From NCBI GenBank assembly GCA_030704615.1, contig CM060734.1:29078001-29142000 (forward strand): a DNA stretch of 64,000 bases, in the 5' to 3' direction. A model generated the notes under the pieces. It ran no database searches. It had not been told where the DNA came from and saw only the letters and a program-made list of their open reading frames with translations. Below are positions 50,934 through 63,599 of this stretch, one piece after another. The translations under genes and the position numbers were made by a program. Positions within the stretch are counted from its first letter, which is position 1. Each line of letters starts with the position of its first letter. The DNA is from Takakia lepidozioides (taxonomy: Eukaryota > Plantae > Bryophyta).

Positions 50934-51169
50934 TCAACCTCGTCTCAACACGAGGTTTACTTGAAGTTCTCCAAATCCTCCTTATGTTGACACAAGGATG
51001 ATTTTAGTTCTCAGAAAATAACATCGTGTCAACACGAAGTTCATTTTTGTTCCAGGAAAACAACCTCGTGTTAACACGAGGTTTTGTTGAAGTTCTCCAA
51101 ATCCCCCTTGTGTCGACACGAGGTTCATTTCAGTTCTACGAAATGAAGCTCCTGTTAACAGAAGGTTGA
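50934..51169. repeat. Subterminal tandem array, 6 x ~42 bp, each with palindrome AACCTCGTGTYRACACGAGGTT
   Basis: Units at ~50934, 50977, 51019, 51061, 51102, 51146. Confidence 0.85.
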
Positions 51170-51411
51170 ACTCCAGGAAAGCCCAAAACCCTTCATCTGT
51201 TTCACCTTCATGTGGTGAAATCAGCAGTTGGGGGCTCCACGGTTATAGGCCCACCTTCTTTGTGGTGACGTGGCATGACCTGGACCAGGCTCACGCCACG
51301 TCAGCATCAACACCATGTCAGCAGCGTGAGCGTAGGCTCACGCCATGTCATCATTGTGTGAGCGTACGCTCACACGCTCACGCGCCAGGCTCACGCGGTA
51401 GCGTCGTTGGT

Positions 51412-54400
51412 ATAATCCACAGCCCATGACAATACTAGATACCTCCTTGGTCTTGGTATAGATGTACCTATGTACAACCTGGAAGGCAATTAATTCCTTC
51501 AGCATGGTGCCCTGCCTCAGACCAGTACCTTGCAAAGTGATGATCCTCAATGGGTCGATTGTTCGGAAGAACCTTAGTCCGAGTTGCCACTGACAACCAA
51601 ATGCGCATGATCTGGTAGTAATGTGCCAATGACTACGGAGGACTAAATTCCTTCCAAGCCAAATCCAGCACAATGGGAATTTGGTTGAAGGGCATAATCA
51701 TTGCCCGATTGTACTCCAGTGCAGCAGGAGTCCTAGGTGGGTGAAAAGCAGCATCCCCCCAAACCTCAGGCTGTGGCTTTGCCATAGTATCAACAAGGTC
51801 AGCCCCCTGCATAGCCACCTGCTGTGAAACTGTGATATTGCCACCACTGGCCCTTCTACCACTGACAACTCTTGCACCTCCTGCAAAGAAGATTGAAAAA
51901 TCAAAGTCCTGGCATGCAAATAAGTAGCCACCAGCTGCTCCTCAGGAATAAAGACTCTCTTGTCAATATTTGAACTCAAGTCATCCACTTGAGTCTGCAT
52001 GCCTTCCACATCATCCTGTAACTCCGCTATCCTACTATAGACATTGTCTATAGTAGTTGTGGCAATGTTCTGCACCTGCAATCTGAGATCATTCATCTCT
52101 CCCTGGGTGAGCTTCCTTGGTGCTTTGCCTTCTACCGGCCCTTGTGCTAACCACACTTGCACAAGGTGATTATCCACCAAGTCCTGTGTGGCACCCCTGA
52201 GAGTCTGCTCCTCCTTGAGTCTGTACACATCTAACTACTGCTGTAAAGCCTCCATGTGCTTTGCATGAGGTTCAACCAGGCCCGCATAGGCAGCAGCCAG
52301 ATTATTGGTTTCATTCCAAGCCTTGTTAGCCACAGAGAGATCATTCTTATGGACCATGAGTGTTTGCTGCAACTCCAGGATGTACCTTTCTTTCTCAGCC
52401 TCAACCTGACTGTACTATTGGAAAGTATTCTCATTGCAACATATTGTAGCCTTCAAATCAACAATGAGTTTCCCTTGCTCTATTATTTCAGCTTCTGCCA
52501 TCATACATCTCTCTCCTTGTCTGTTAACTTCTAATGCAGTTTGCTCTAGAGCAATTGTTAGTGTGGCACATTGTATGGTCATTCTCTGATGAACTGCCTC
52601 CAACTCTGTATGTAGCACGTTCACTTCCTGCAACTTGCCCTCATGCTTCACCTGCAATTGGTATAACTGTTGCTTATGTGCTTCATGCAACTTCTCCTGC
52701 TCGAGACCTGCTTCAATCAAATTCCCCTTAGCCAACTGCAAGGCAGCCTTTGTGTCCTCCAATTCTTTTTGCAACTTGAGGTTGGCCTCTGCATCTACCT
52801 TGTTTGCACACTCGGTGGCAATTCTAGTCTCAAACTCCTTCTTGAGTTCCTCCCTCAAAGCTGCTAATTGTGTAAACGGAACATGGGATTTCACATAAGT
52901 GCCCAACAAATTGAGTGTCATGCTTATGGAACTCATAAGCATGGCCTGCTGTGGGTCTTCATGGTGAACTTGTTGCTGTTCTCCCTGATCCTCCATAGTG
53001 TGATGTTTCACCAACCATTCAGGCCATGTTCCCACCAGATCCTTTTCCTGAACCACCTCATCCTCCACAGGTGCTACAGTGCCCTTACATTCTACCCCTG
53101 GTACCTCCGCCACAGGTGTGGGTATTACATGCACAGCAGTGATTTCCCTTGACAGACTCTGCACCTCTGGTATCACTGATTCCCTGACCAAGCCAGAGTT
53201 TTCATAGAGAAGGTCACCCTTCTCAATTTCTGTCACAACCTGCTCTGTAGTGGGAATGTTCAACCCTTCTCCTTCCAGAGCAATAGGCTCTGGTGGAACA
53301 TCATGTACTAACTGAGGAACCTCTGAGACAACCGAGTCAACTGGCTGTGATGGCTGTAGTACCAAAGTGACTTCTTCTTCCCTCTTCAAAGGTCGTGCTT
53401 CCAGTAATAACAGCCCTCTGTGCTACTGTGCCCCCATCCTACACAAGAGCTATGGAAACATCATCTTGCGGTTTCTTGAAGCTAGTGGATCTGCCACTAC
53501 AGTCATATTCCGCTTCTGTCTCTTAGACTGGTGTTGCCCCTCCAGTCCACCCTCACTATGTGAAGAGCCCTGCTCCTCCATTGCAGTGGTTGCTGCCTCA
53601 AACACTCCCATCTCTTTACGTTCTCGCGCATCAAGTATGCATTTCTTCCACCAGACCATTGTACATTAACTCTGCCCAAGCTACATCCTCTCCCCTCAAA
53701 GCTTTTAGTATCTCCTTTGTGAATGATCTGCTCAAATATTGTTGGTTCTGTTTCATGGCAAACAGAACATTCAATATTTGGTCAACTTCTCTGAGCCCTG
53801 GGTACTCGGCTTTGGTGCAAGCGTAACCTTGAGTCTTAAATAAACTCCCTTCTTGGAACAAATTCCCTATCTGCAATCTTGCCCTGTGCTCATCCACATC
53901 CACATGACCCGATGGCAAATCGAACAATTGCTACAAGTACTGGGGAGTAATTTCTATATCTACTCCCCTCACCTGGGTAACTCCCGTCCAAGGCTCAAAG
54001 TTCTGGAGAAATTGAATCATATACTGCCGATGATGCAAGGACCAGTCCTTGCGTAGCAGCCCCTTCAATCGCAACTCCCTCAGCAGTTGCACTGCCTGTG
54101 GTGTAGCAATTGTTTGCTTCTGCAGAATCGTGGTGCTCTTCACCCTGATATCCTCCATTCCCCTCACTCTCTTCATTCTAGACAACAAAAAAAACCTTGT
54201 TTGAAACAGCTGTAGGAAAGCTTGCAGGGCACAGAGCATAAAGGTATGGTTGGCACAGAATGGAACGGGTAAGTGCGTGTAAGCATGTGGGGCTTGCAAG
54301 TATCGAGTGAGAGAGAATGTACTCTCAACCCACCCGTCCTTGCGCCACTGCGTGAGAAGTAAAGCTAATGTATAATCCGTAATTTCCGCCATAGCTACAA

Positions 54401-54650
54401 AGCTATAGCTTTGATTGCCCCTCCAGTCGAGATGCTGGTTATTCGGAGCCACCCCGACTCTTGCGCTCATAACCCTGCTAATTTCTTGTTCTTGTTTCTT
54501 GGAGGAAACCACCTGTATGTAATTCTTGCTCGTGATTGGCTGTTGTCTCCTTGGGTAACTTCTTAATTTAACTCCCCTCAGTGGACATTCCCCCCTGGAA
54601 TGTCCACTATGACAGCACATGTGGCAAAAGTCCCCCGTTTCTGTACTCAT
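51412..54650 (-). pseudogene. Element C extra ORF(s): CCHC knuckle, plant-transposon-like domain, long coiled coil
   Basis: ORFs 53931-54650, 53631-53927, 52415-53389, 51698-52228; E/Q/K-rich heptads. Confidence 0.6.
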
Positions 54651-54661
54651 AAATGGTTCCG

Positions 54662-55255
54662 TTACCTTTGCCCTGAATGCATTAATGGGCCCACAAATAG
54701 TTTTGGTTGATGTACCGTATCTTCTAGAGCTTCATCATATAGGGTCCACGATGCATTCTCCGGGGCGTCATCATCCTCTTCTACCCCCTCTACCCAACCT
54801 CCATCATTAGCATCATTATGACCAGTCCATCCCTCCACCGTAATTGCCTCACCCCGTGGAGATCCGAGACCATGATAGATACGTCTTCCTCTTGGCTGAG
54901 CATGCACAACCACCTTCCAATTTCCCCCTCTTGTTTGGTCATTGGAGAAGAAAACTTGCTCCATGTCTGAAGGAAATGCAAAAGGCTCATCGGAGGGACA
55001 ATGAGTAGGGTTGAGCCTATCTGCATTGACGCGCATGAAACCACAATCATCTTGCACTAGTGTTGCGGAGGGCCCCACAAGATGTGGCTGGAACCACATT
55101 CCCTTGACGGCCCAGTTTGTCCTCTTACATGATGACACCCACTTTTGCAATATATGCACCACGGTGTGCTTCGCTCTAGTGGCCACGTGTTCATTTTTAA
55201 ACATGCTTCCGTCTTCCCCTGTTCGCATGGCACATTCTCTGTGTTTAACTTCCAA
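54662..55255 (-). pseudogene. CACTA Tnp2 C-terminal (DUF4216-like) fragment inside element C
   Basis: WF...LVQDDCGFMRVN...DEPFAFPSDMEQVFFSND..NWKVVVHAQPR. Confidence 0.7.
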
Positions 55256-57904
55256 GGTGTTCTTTCACTTGGCGGCCACTTTTCTGACGTTAACCCGCGG
55301 CCACCTGTCACTGACCCTATAGACTGTGCAACCCGCGTGGGCTGTGTTGGGCTGTGATAGGCTGTGTCAAACTGTGGTGAACTATGATAGGCTGTGTGAC
55401 ACTGTGGTGGGCTGTGATAGCTATGCGAACACCTCTACTTCCCGCCCTGGCCATACACGCTCGGCTTAACGACAAGTGCTCCATACTCCGTTGGTATCAC
55501 CGGCGCAGCCCGTGACTGTTTTTGTGTTTCAACAAGCAAATCGTGCTGCAATGGTTTGTCATGGATACCACTGCATCCCTTCAACTTATTGGCATTGACT
55601 CTTCCCAACATTTCTTGTTAATGGTTTGTAACATGACGGTGTTATTATCTTACATCTTCTGTATGACATAAGGTCCTTTCCATGGTGACTTAAGCTTAGA
55701 AGCTTTAATTTTTCCCTTCTTCTGCAACCATAGTACCAAATCTCCCGTCTTAAAAGTCTTTAATTTACCTTCACCAAACTGATCCTTCCTCTTCATCTGA
55801 ATTCTGGTCATGTTATCCGTTGTCTCAGCACGTACTTCTTCCACATGGTTTAATTCATGTTTCCTGACCTTAATTGAATCTTCCAATTCCATTCTCCTTC
55901 CCCATTCAGTTCTCATGGTAGGTAACAAGAATTCCACTAGAAGTAAAGCTTCCATACCATAAACTAATTGAAATGGTGTATACTTAGTGGTGACTTTAAA
56001 TGAAGTCCTGTATGACCACAAAGTTGTCAGCAGCTTTGTATCCCAATCTGTTCTGTTTGCATTGACTATGTCAAGTTATTTTACCACTAGTGTGAAACTA
56101 GCTAGGAAATAGCTAGCTTTTACATATTGACATTTGGGATTGGCCCAAGTGTCAATCCAGGGGTCAAGGCAGATTTTAGGCCCTGGAGTGGTTATCTTCA
56201 CGGCAAGCGCGGAGGCTCATCTTTCGAGTTGAGCCTCACCGCGCCTAGCTATGGCGCCGTAGTGTGGATTCCCCATGGCGTGGGGTGCACTTGGCTTGAC
56301 TTGTATTTGAGTGATGAGGTTATATATGCATGAGTTTATGCTTCAGCTTTGTGAGCTCGCATGAGCTTGTGCTTGTATTCTTCTTCTTTATCACTCGAGA
56401 AAGATGAGCTCGTATCTATGAGTGCTAGATACGAGTTAGTTGTAGCACTTGTGGTTTTTGCTTGAGAATGAGAGAAACCAAGTTGTTATGCAAGGAGCAC
56501 CGTGGAGCTCTTGGTTGTTAGAAGCGGAGGCGATGTGGGTTACGAGGTGGTAACCTTGGCATTCGATCTTCAGCTTCAGAGATGAAAGCACCATACTGTA
56601 GGTAATTCCAGAGCACCTTGATGGTTTCAGATTGTGTACATGCATGAGCAAGCACGATTGGGAAGAGGACCAGTCAAGAGCAGGTTATAGTGGCTTTGGT
56701 GGCAAAGCTGAGAACTGGACTTGGGAATGCGAGCTTTCATTGTGTGAAGGATTGCAAGACCAAGCGAAAGGGCTGATTTGGCTTGGGGCAAATCAGTGCA
56801 CTTTGTGGAGTATGGTGAGATTGGGTTTCAATCTCGAGCTTCAGCATTGAGAGGGCTCTTGTCATGGCAAGAGCAGGGCTGGAACAGGAGCTAAGAGGTG
56901 CGGCAAGGCCATGGAATGTGCACCTAGGGTTTCAGAGCTTGGAAGAAGAGCTCTTGCACCACAAGAGAAGTGTCTTGTGGCTGGAAATGTAAGCCTTAGG
57001 GTTTCAGGAGCTTGGCAAAGGCTATGGAGTGCTTAGTCTTGTCTTAGAGAGCATCAGGAGCCAAGGAGCCAAGATAGGGGGCTGATATCTCTTGTGTGAA
57101 GAGGTTGCATGTGTGGAGCATGTATTCAGCTCATTGAAGCTTCCATCTTCAAGCTTGGAGGGCAAGCAAGGAAGAGGGAAGGGCTGACTTCCCTTATGTG
57201 AGGGCAATGCATGTGTGGAGCATGCTATCAGCCTGGTGAAGGCTTGCACTTTTAGGTGTGGGAGTGCAAGAAGGAAGGAAGGGGCTGGTTTCCCTGTAGG
57301 GCATGTAGAGCATGCTTTCAGCCTGCTGAAGCTTGTATTTTCAGGTTTGTGGGTGCAAGAAATGAAGCAAAGGAGCTGATTCTCTTATGGTGAGAGTGGG
57401 GCATGTGTGGAGCATGCCTTCAGCCCATTGAGGCTCTTGTTTTCAAGCCTTAGAGAGCTAGAACGGAAGGTCTAGGGCTGGTTTCCACTTGGAGTGAAAG
57501 AAAGCACTTGTAGGGCCTATGTGAGTTGGGGTTTCAACTTCAAGCTTGAAGGGAGCGCAACTCTTGAAGCAACAGGTGTAGAGGGCTGGAATAGGCTCTA
57601 AGACAGATGCTATGGCCAATGAGGGGAGTGCTTGAATGAGTGCTCACAAGGGCTGGGAACCAGCAGGGCTTGGTTGTTTGCCATTGAGTTTAGTGGCGTG
57701 TTTGGGGAGGCTAAGTGAGAAAGAAGGCTTGGTTTGTGGCAACCACCTCATGGCTTAGGGCTACTATGGTGGTGTGTGGGAGCCGAAAGAGCAAGGATAC
57801 CTTGCTGATTTCCTCACAGCCACCATAGCTCGGTGGAAAGAAGCCTAGAGTCCAAGAGACACAAACCCTAGCTTGGCGTGGCTAAACCCCTTGGAGAAAT
57901 GGCT

Positions 57905-58650
57905 AAACTGCCAGAGCGGCCATGTGTGGGGCTGTGACAGGCTGTGGCAAGCTGTGACGGGCTGTGGCTGTGGCTGTGATGGGCTGTGGGCTGTGTGTGT
58001 GGCCTTTGGGGCTGTGACAGTGTGGGGCTGTGAGGGCTGTGTGTGGGGGGCTGTGATGGGCTGTGGGCTGTGACTGTGACGGGCTGTGACAGGCTGTGAG
58101 GCCTTTGGGGCTGTGACGGCTGTGCTGTGAAGTGCCCGAAGTGGGGGGCTGTGGGGGCTGTGAAGGCCCTGTGATGTGAGGCTGTGTGTGGGGTGGCCTT
58201 TGGGGCTGTGTGTGTGTGGCCCTGTGACGGGCTGTGAGGGGCTGTGATGTGGCCTTTGGGCTGTGACGGGCTGTGACAGACTGTGAGGGCTGTGACAGGC
58301 CGTGCCCATGGCCTTTGGGGCTGTGACGGGCTGTGAGGGGCTGTGACAGGCCGTGCCTGAGGCCTTTGTGTGCTGTGTGTGACAGGCAAAGGGCTGTGAA
58401 GGGCCCTGTGTGAGGCTGTGACTGTGTGTGAACTGTGGAGTAGGGGCTGCAGGCCGTGCCTGAGGCCTTTGGACGGGCTGTGAGGGCTGTGTGTGGCCTT
58501 TGGGGCTGTGAACAGGAAGGCCTGCTCAGGCAGGCTGTGCACAGGCTGTGCCCAGTGGCCTGTGGGACTGTGACGGCTGTGACCAGTGAGCTGTGTGGGC
58601 CTGTGCTGGTCTGTGGTGGCCCGTGTTGACCTGTGGACGGCCTGTGCTGA
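57905..58650. repeat. Degenerate GGCTGTGA/GGCCTTTGG minisatellite in the B2 5' region
   Basis: Dozens of GGCTGTG(A) units; absent from B1. Confidence 0.9.
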
Positions 58651-59309
58651 CTCGTGGAGGCACTGGTGGACTGCCTAAGGACTGGCATGTGGTCTGGAAG
58701 GCCGAATTTTGAAGCTCGTGGAGGGCGGTTTGAGGAGTATCTTCATGATATTCCCATGGTCATGCAAGTGAGGAGAGAGGAGAGGCAGTGTTGGGATGAG
58801 AGCATGCTGGGGTTAGGCATTGCTTTAGCTTCTCTTCCTCGTAGTTTCCACCCTCTCATTAGGCCAAGACCTTTCCGTAGGTGGAGGCAAGAGTCAGTCC
58901 GGGTTTGGGCTGGGTGTCCTTGCAGGAGCAACACCGTGGAGTTGTTTTTGGTGTGGGGGAGTTGTCGTTCTGATTTCTTGTGTTTGGATCCCCTCCATAC
59001 CTGCATGCTTGACTGTGCGCCATGCTAGTTTTGTGTGGGCGCTTGTTTTTATAGGTGATTGGTCCGGATTTGATCACCGGCCAGTCCTAGAGCATGCTGT
59101 CGATGGTGAGGCTGGGGTGATGACCAGCCATCATTGTTTCTCCTGTGGTGAGGTTGGAGGTGATGACCAGCCAACCATAGGAGTGCTTGCGGTGGATGCA
59201 GGTACAGGTGTAGGCTATGTTAGGAACTTAGTATTCCAAACCATAAGCCGCAACAGGTTCTCTACCCGGTTACCTTGTGAGAGGGGGTTAGGGACATGTT
59301 CATGACCGG

Positions 59310-61863
59310 TTGAGTGTCAACACGGAGGTGCCACTAGTTGCTGGGGACAGTGCCGGTTCGAGCACTAGCGATACTAGTGGGTACACGAGACGAGGTGTGC
59401 GGTTTAGGCCACCTTCACCTCCTGTGTCTTCCACGGAAGTTTCTGATTCGGATTGTGAATCAGGAGGACTCATACCGGCGGTGCAAGTTGTTTCTTTGCC
59501 ATTGTTGTGGGACACAATGGAGGAGATGTATGGAGCTACCAAGGGGCCACGAAGGTACTCTGGGGCGGTGGGCACCATCGAGTTGGATGATTTTATCCAA
59601 GAGTTTGATAGTTGGTGTGATTTGCAGCAAATGCGCAATCCACAACTATTTTACGCCTTCATGGCATGGAAGGGGCTGTTTCAGCACCTTGAGGGGCCGC
59701 CTATGGATGATTACCATGAGTTTCAGGCGGGGGCATGAGGTTGAGATCGAGGAGTGGAGGATGTACTGGTCACCCGACTATGTCTCCATCACTAGGGGCA
59801 CTAGAGCCACGAGGGCAGTGGCTACACCTGCCGCTGCACCGGCAGCTTCAGCAAGTAGCAGTGGGACTGGTGGTACAGTAGCTACGACGTCCCACCCAAG
59901 CCACTACCGCACCAGCACTAGCACCCGTGCCTGCCTTCAACCCTGTTGTGGAGTTCTTCGAAGAGTTGAGAGGGAACTACCAAGGGGTGAGGACAGAGAA
60001 GTTGCGGAGCTTGCAAGAGTTCCAACGGAAGCCGACCGAGAGCTTGAGGGAGGCTTTCACTCGCATGAGGCGCTTGATAAATGTAACCCAAGGGGTTACG
60101 GAAGCTCAGGCAGTCCAATTCTGGTATGGGATATTGGACAAGGAGCTGAGGAGAAGGGTGCGGGATGCAACTCTCCTACAAGCGGCCCAACCCACCTTAG
60201 CAAATGTGTTTTTGCTGGCAGAGCGGATAGAGCTCAACATGGTGGAGGAACGAGTGGTCATGGTGGGATTTGCTAAGGAGACACCACGGGGTAGTGGTGC
60301 TCCTAGCCAACCACTACCTCAACGTGCTCAAGGCAACAAGGGGGCTCAGGTGAAGCTCAGGGAAGGCAGAGAGGACCTCAGATGCAGGGGTCTCTCCCTT
60401 CATTTGCTGGCCAACAACGGGCGGATGTGGTGTGCTGGACATGTGGAGGACCCCATGTCAAGAAGGATTGTCCAGAGGGAGGCAAAGGGCCGGCACATGC
60501 ACAGCCTGCACAGTTACAGTGTGGGCATTGTGGCAAACACGGGCATGGAGAGGCCAGTGTTATGGTTTGCATCCTGAGTTGCGCCCAGGCCAGTTCCAAG
60601 GGAACAATGGTGGCCGGGGGCGAGGTGGAGCAGCCCAGAGGGACGAGGTGGCCAGCCACGAGGTGCAGGCCAAGGCAAGCTCAACGTGGCCAAGGACGCG
60701 GAGGTCAGGGTGTTGACCAAGGCATGGCCAACCGGCTTCAGCAGCTAGAGCAGAGGCTCGCTGCCATGGCTACAGCTCAGGTGGTACCGGCTCTAAGGCC
60801 GGATGGTCCACCTCCTGCTCCTGAGGGAGGAGATATGGGAGGCATGGGATTCATGTGGAGCAGCACTACCACTAGTGCAGGTGGAGTCTGCTGCAGCCGT
60901 GACTCGAGGAGCAGCACGAGTTTCCTGAGCCACGAGGTGCAGAGGTGGAGTTGGATCCACAGCGTGGGGAGGCAAGCCGTCAGGCTAGGCTTCCTCAGTC
61001 ATTCACATTGGCGGAGACAGTGTCGACGCCATCCATGGCACCTAGTTCTCGCCCGACTGTTACCGAGGCGGAGGTTACTATGCCATTGGGGAGAGCTACA
61101 CGGGTAGCACCACTACCTAGTGTTGCCAAGGCTACGGCAGCTAGTGTGCTGCTAGGAGCGGCCACATCTGTGTGCCAGGCTCCATTGTTCTCTCGGCTAC
61201 CATGATTGCGACGCCGGGGTAAGACCAGCTGAGGTGTTCAGGCTGGCAGCTACACTCTGTGAGAGTGGGGAGGTTACTTCATCTTCTGCGGAGATAGTGG
61301 GAGGTGTAGTGCCGGAGGGATCCTCGGATTTGAGGGTCAAGACTGCCACGGCGGCGCCATGGCAAGCTGCAGCTGCCAGGTTGATGGAGCTGCCAGCTAG
61401 GCCAGCCATTGAGCGCGCCATGGTGACACTGGAGTTGTCATGTTAGACAACCAGGATGGCATTTTCTGTTTGAGGTGACCGGCAGGCAAGAGGTACCGGC
61501 CACTGCGGTCTTGTTGGACTCGGAGCTCAGCCATGATGCTGGGCAGCTGCTATTGCAGGCTTGGGCCTCACGGAGGCGGATATGGAGCCTTGTCCTTTCC
61601 AGATACAGACGTCTCTGGGAGGATCGGAGCAGGCTCGGGGCATGACACGGCATGAGTTGGCTATCAGACTACGGCCGGATCACCCTACAGATGGCTCAGT
61701 GATGCGAGCCAAGGCCATTGTGACAGACGCAGTCTCATACGATGTCCTGGTTGGTGGGGCAGTGTTGTACCCCATGGGCTTCACCCTGGATTTTTGGGAG
61801 GAGTCAGCTTCCTATAGGCCTGCATGGCAGTCAGGGAGGGCCGGCGTGTGCAGCTCCCTGTGA
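59310..61863 (+). pseudogene. gag-pro: B2 gag and protease
   Basis: LDDFIQEFDSWCD, FQRKPTESLREAF, CWTCGGPHVKKDC, CGHCGKHGH, LLDSG at ~61510, YDVLVG. Confidence 0.88.
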
Positions 61864-62219
61864 CGTTCATAGGAGGAGTTGCGGTTGCCCAGCGAGGCAA
61901 GATGCCGACACTAGCAGCATTCACAGCGGCAGTGAGTTGGCCTAGAGAGTTGCTTGAGGGCAATGCTCATTCAGAGGATGTACCACCTCCGGGAGAGCAG
62001 GATGACATGTATGGTATGGCGGAGTTGCCTACCATGGTTGCTCAGACTCCATTGTGGGGCACGAGCAAGGATTTGCAGCGGGATGCTGATCGACGGGTGC
62101 AACAAGCCTGGGTGGAGGCTTTTGTACCGTCAGGAGGAGGAGAGTGTGGGATTGCACCAGGACCACCTCAATTGTCTCCATTGGACACCACACCTATTGT
62201 GTGGCAGTCTCCGGATGAA

Positions 62220-63190
62220 GGCATTTGTCTTCTGGACTTGTTTTTGGCGGGATCAGCACCGGATTGGCTGCTGTGTTACAGGCAGGTGTACGAGTTCGGC
62301 GTTACCTGTATGTGGAGAGGGATGAGACTGCACGACGTTTCACTTCGCCATGTTGCTCAGTTGGTGCAGCGGTACCCTGAGTTGTTGTCGGTGTCTGCAA
62401 TTCGTGGATATCAGCAGGCCTTGCCAGCAGACATTTCGTTGCTGGGGGCGCAGGATTTGGAGCGGGTTGGCTCCATTGATCTGGTAGTGGCAGGTTGGCC
62501 CTGCCAAGGGCATTCATCAGCCGGGCATGGCAATGGATTGCGAGACTCGAGGTCGGGTCTGTTTTGGGAGATGGTGCGGGTTTTGCGCCACTTGCAGCTT
62601 CATCAAGCTGTATCTCCAGCATACATCTTGGAGAATGTGCCACTGATGGGCGATTCTCGGGCCAGGGTGATGGCCAGTGTGCATCAAGTCCGGTCGTGGC
62701 TTGGGTCAGCAGTGTTGCTAGATGCAGCTACAGTGGGGTCACGGGCTCATCGTCCACGGCTATGGTGGACTAACATGATGCCACCCGCACTGCTCAAGCG
62801 TGCATTTGATGGGGTGCAGCGGCCAGCACATCTCACAGTGGATAACATTCTGGACACAGGGAGGCAGTCTCAACGTGTGAGACACGATGACCGTTCGCCT
62901 TTGGCAGTGGTCAACAAGGTGGGTCAACCACGAGCAGCATTACCTACACTGCTCAGCTTCCCAGGATCGCATGCTTTCCGGGATAGTGGACCTGGCCTCC
63001 TGTGGGATGCTCAGTTGCAGCAGTTAGTGGAGCCTAATGCTGACGAGCGTGAGCGGGCAATGGGTTTTACCACTGGTACCACGGCGGTGTCGTCTCTTTC
63101 TGAGGCATCACGTCGTCAAGTGTTGGGGCAAGCAATGGATCTCAATTGCTTGACCTGGATTATCAGCTTGGCTCTAGCTGAGCAACGCAG
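62220..63190 (+). CDS. B2 C5-cytosine DNA methyltransferase domain (DNMT3-like)
   Basis: LLDLF-GGISTGLAAVLQAG..YVERD (compensating 1-nt indels), DLVVAGWPCQG, YILENV, RAHRPRLWWTN, ERERAMGF, RRQVLGQAMD. Confidence 0.95.
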
Positions 63191-63599
63191 AGTGCGGAAT
63201 ACACTTCCCTCAATGGTCTCTCTGCCTACCGAGACGGTACAGGCAGTGAGTGGGGGCGAGCATGTGAGGACCACGGGGTGCATGCATCCATGGCACACGT
63301 GGGAGGTGCTCGAGGTTCAGAGGGAGTTGGCAGCCAAGGCGGCTGTGATGGATGAGGTTGGGGATTCTTCTCGGTTGAGGAGGTCCTCAAGGATGAGATG
63401 ATGGGGCAGGATGATGCCTTGTCATTGACTGAGCAGGTAGGGAGTACTGCTCAAGAGGTTGCAGCATAGCAACCACGGGACGCGTCCTCTACCTCTAAGC
63501 CCACTGGACTTAAGGTTGTAGTTACGGAGGACAATTGGGAGCCTGACATTGGACCCATTGTCACCGGAGGAGAGAGACGACGTATACGGCGGTTCCTGA

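Larger units (their letters stand above)
40860..51411. mobile_element. ParB-MTase Mutator-like DNA transposon copy E2 (complete, ~10.55 kb)
   Basis: Imperfect TIRs (CGCGTGAGCCTGG(C)CGCGTGAGCSTGTGAGC); (GT)ATAA duplicated at both flanks; removal restores the host frame SIVMGCGLY-YAACFMARY. Confidence 0.88.
38975..56068 (-). mobile_element. Ty3/gypsy element C, 3' half (integrase end, extra ORFs, probable 3' LTR ~38975-40064), interrupted by E2 and B2
   Basis: Integrase [31 protein letters not shown] at 55650-56068, similar to element A; extra ORFs 51412-54650 and 40266-40859 join in frame across E2; LTR limits TGTCAC...CCAACA are tentative. Confidence 0.7.

Noticed and set aside
57845-58688. 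Long His/Ser/Pro/Thr-rich ORFs
   Set aside because: Artefacts of a stop-poor minisatellite, open in all three minus frames.
61824-63401. Host DNMT3/DRM gene
   Set aside because: Intronless, lies between protease and RT, and is repeated in the same context in B1.
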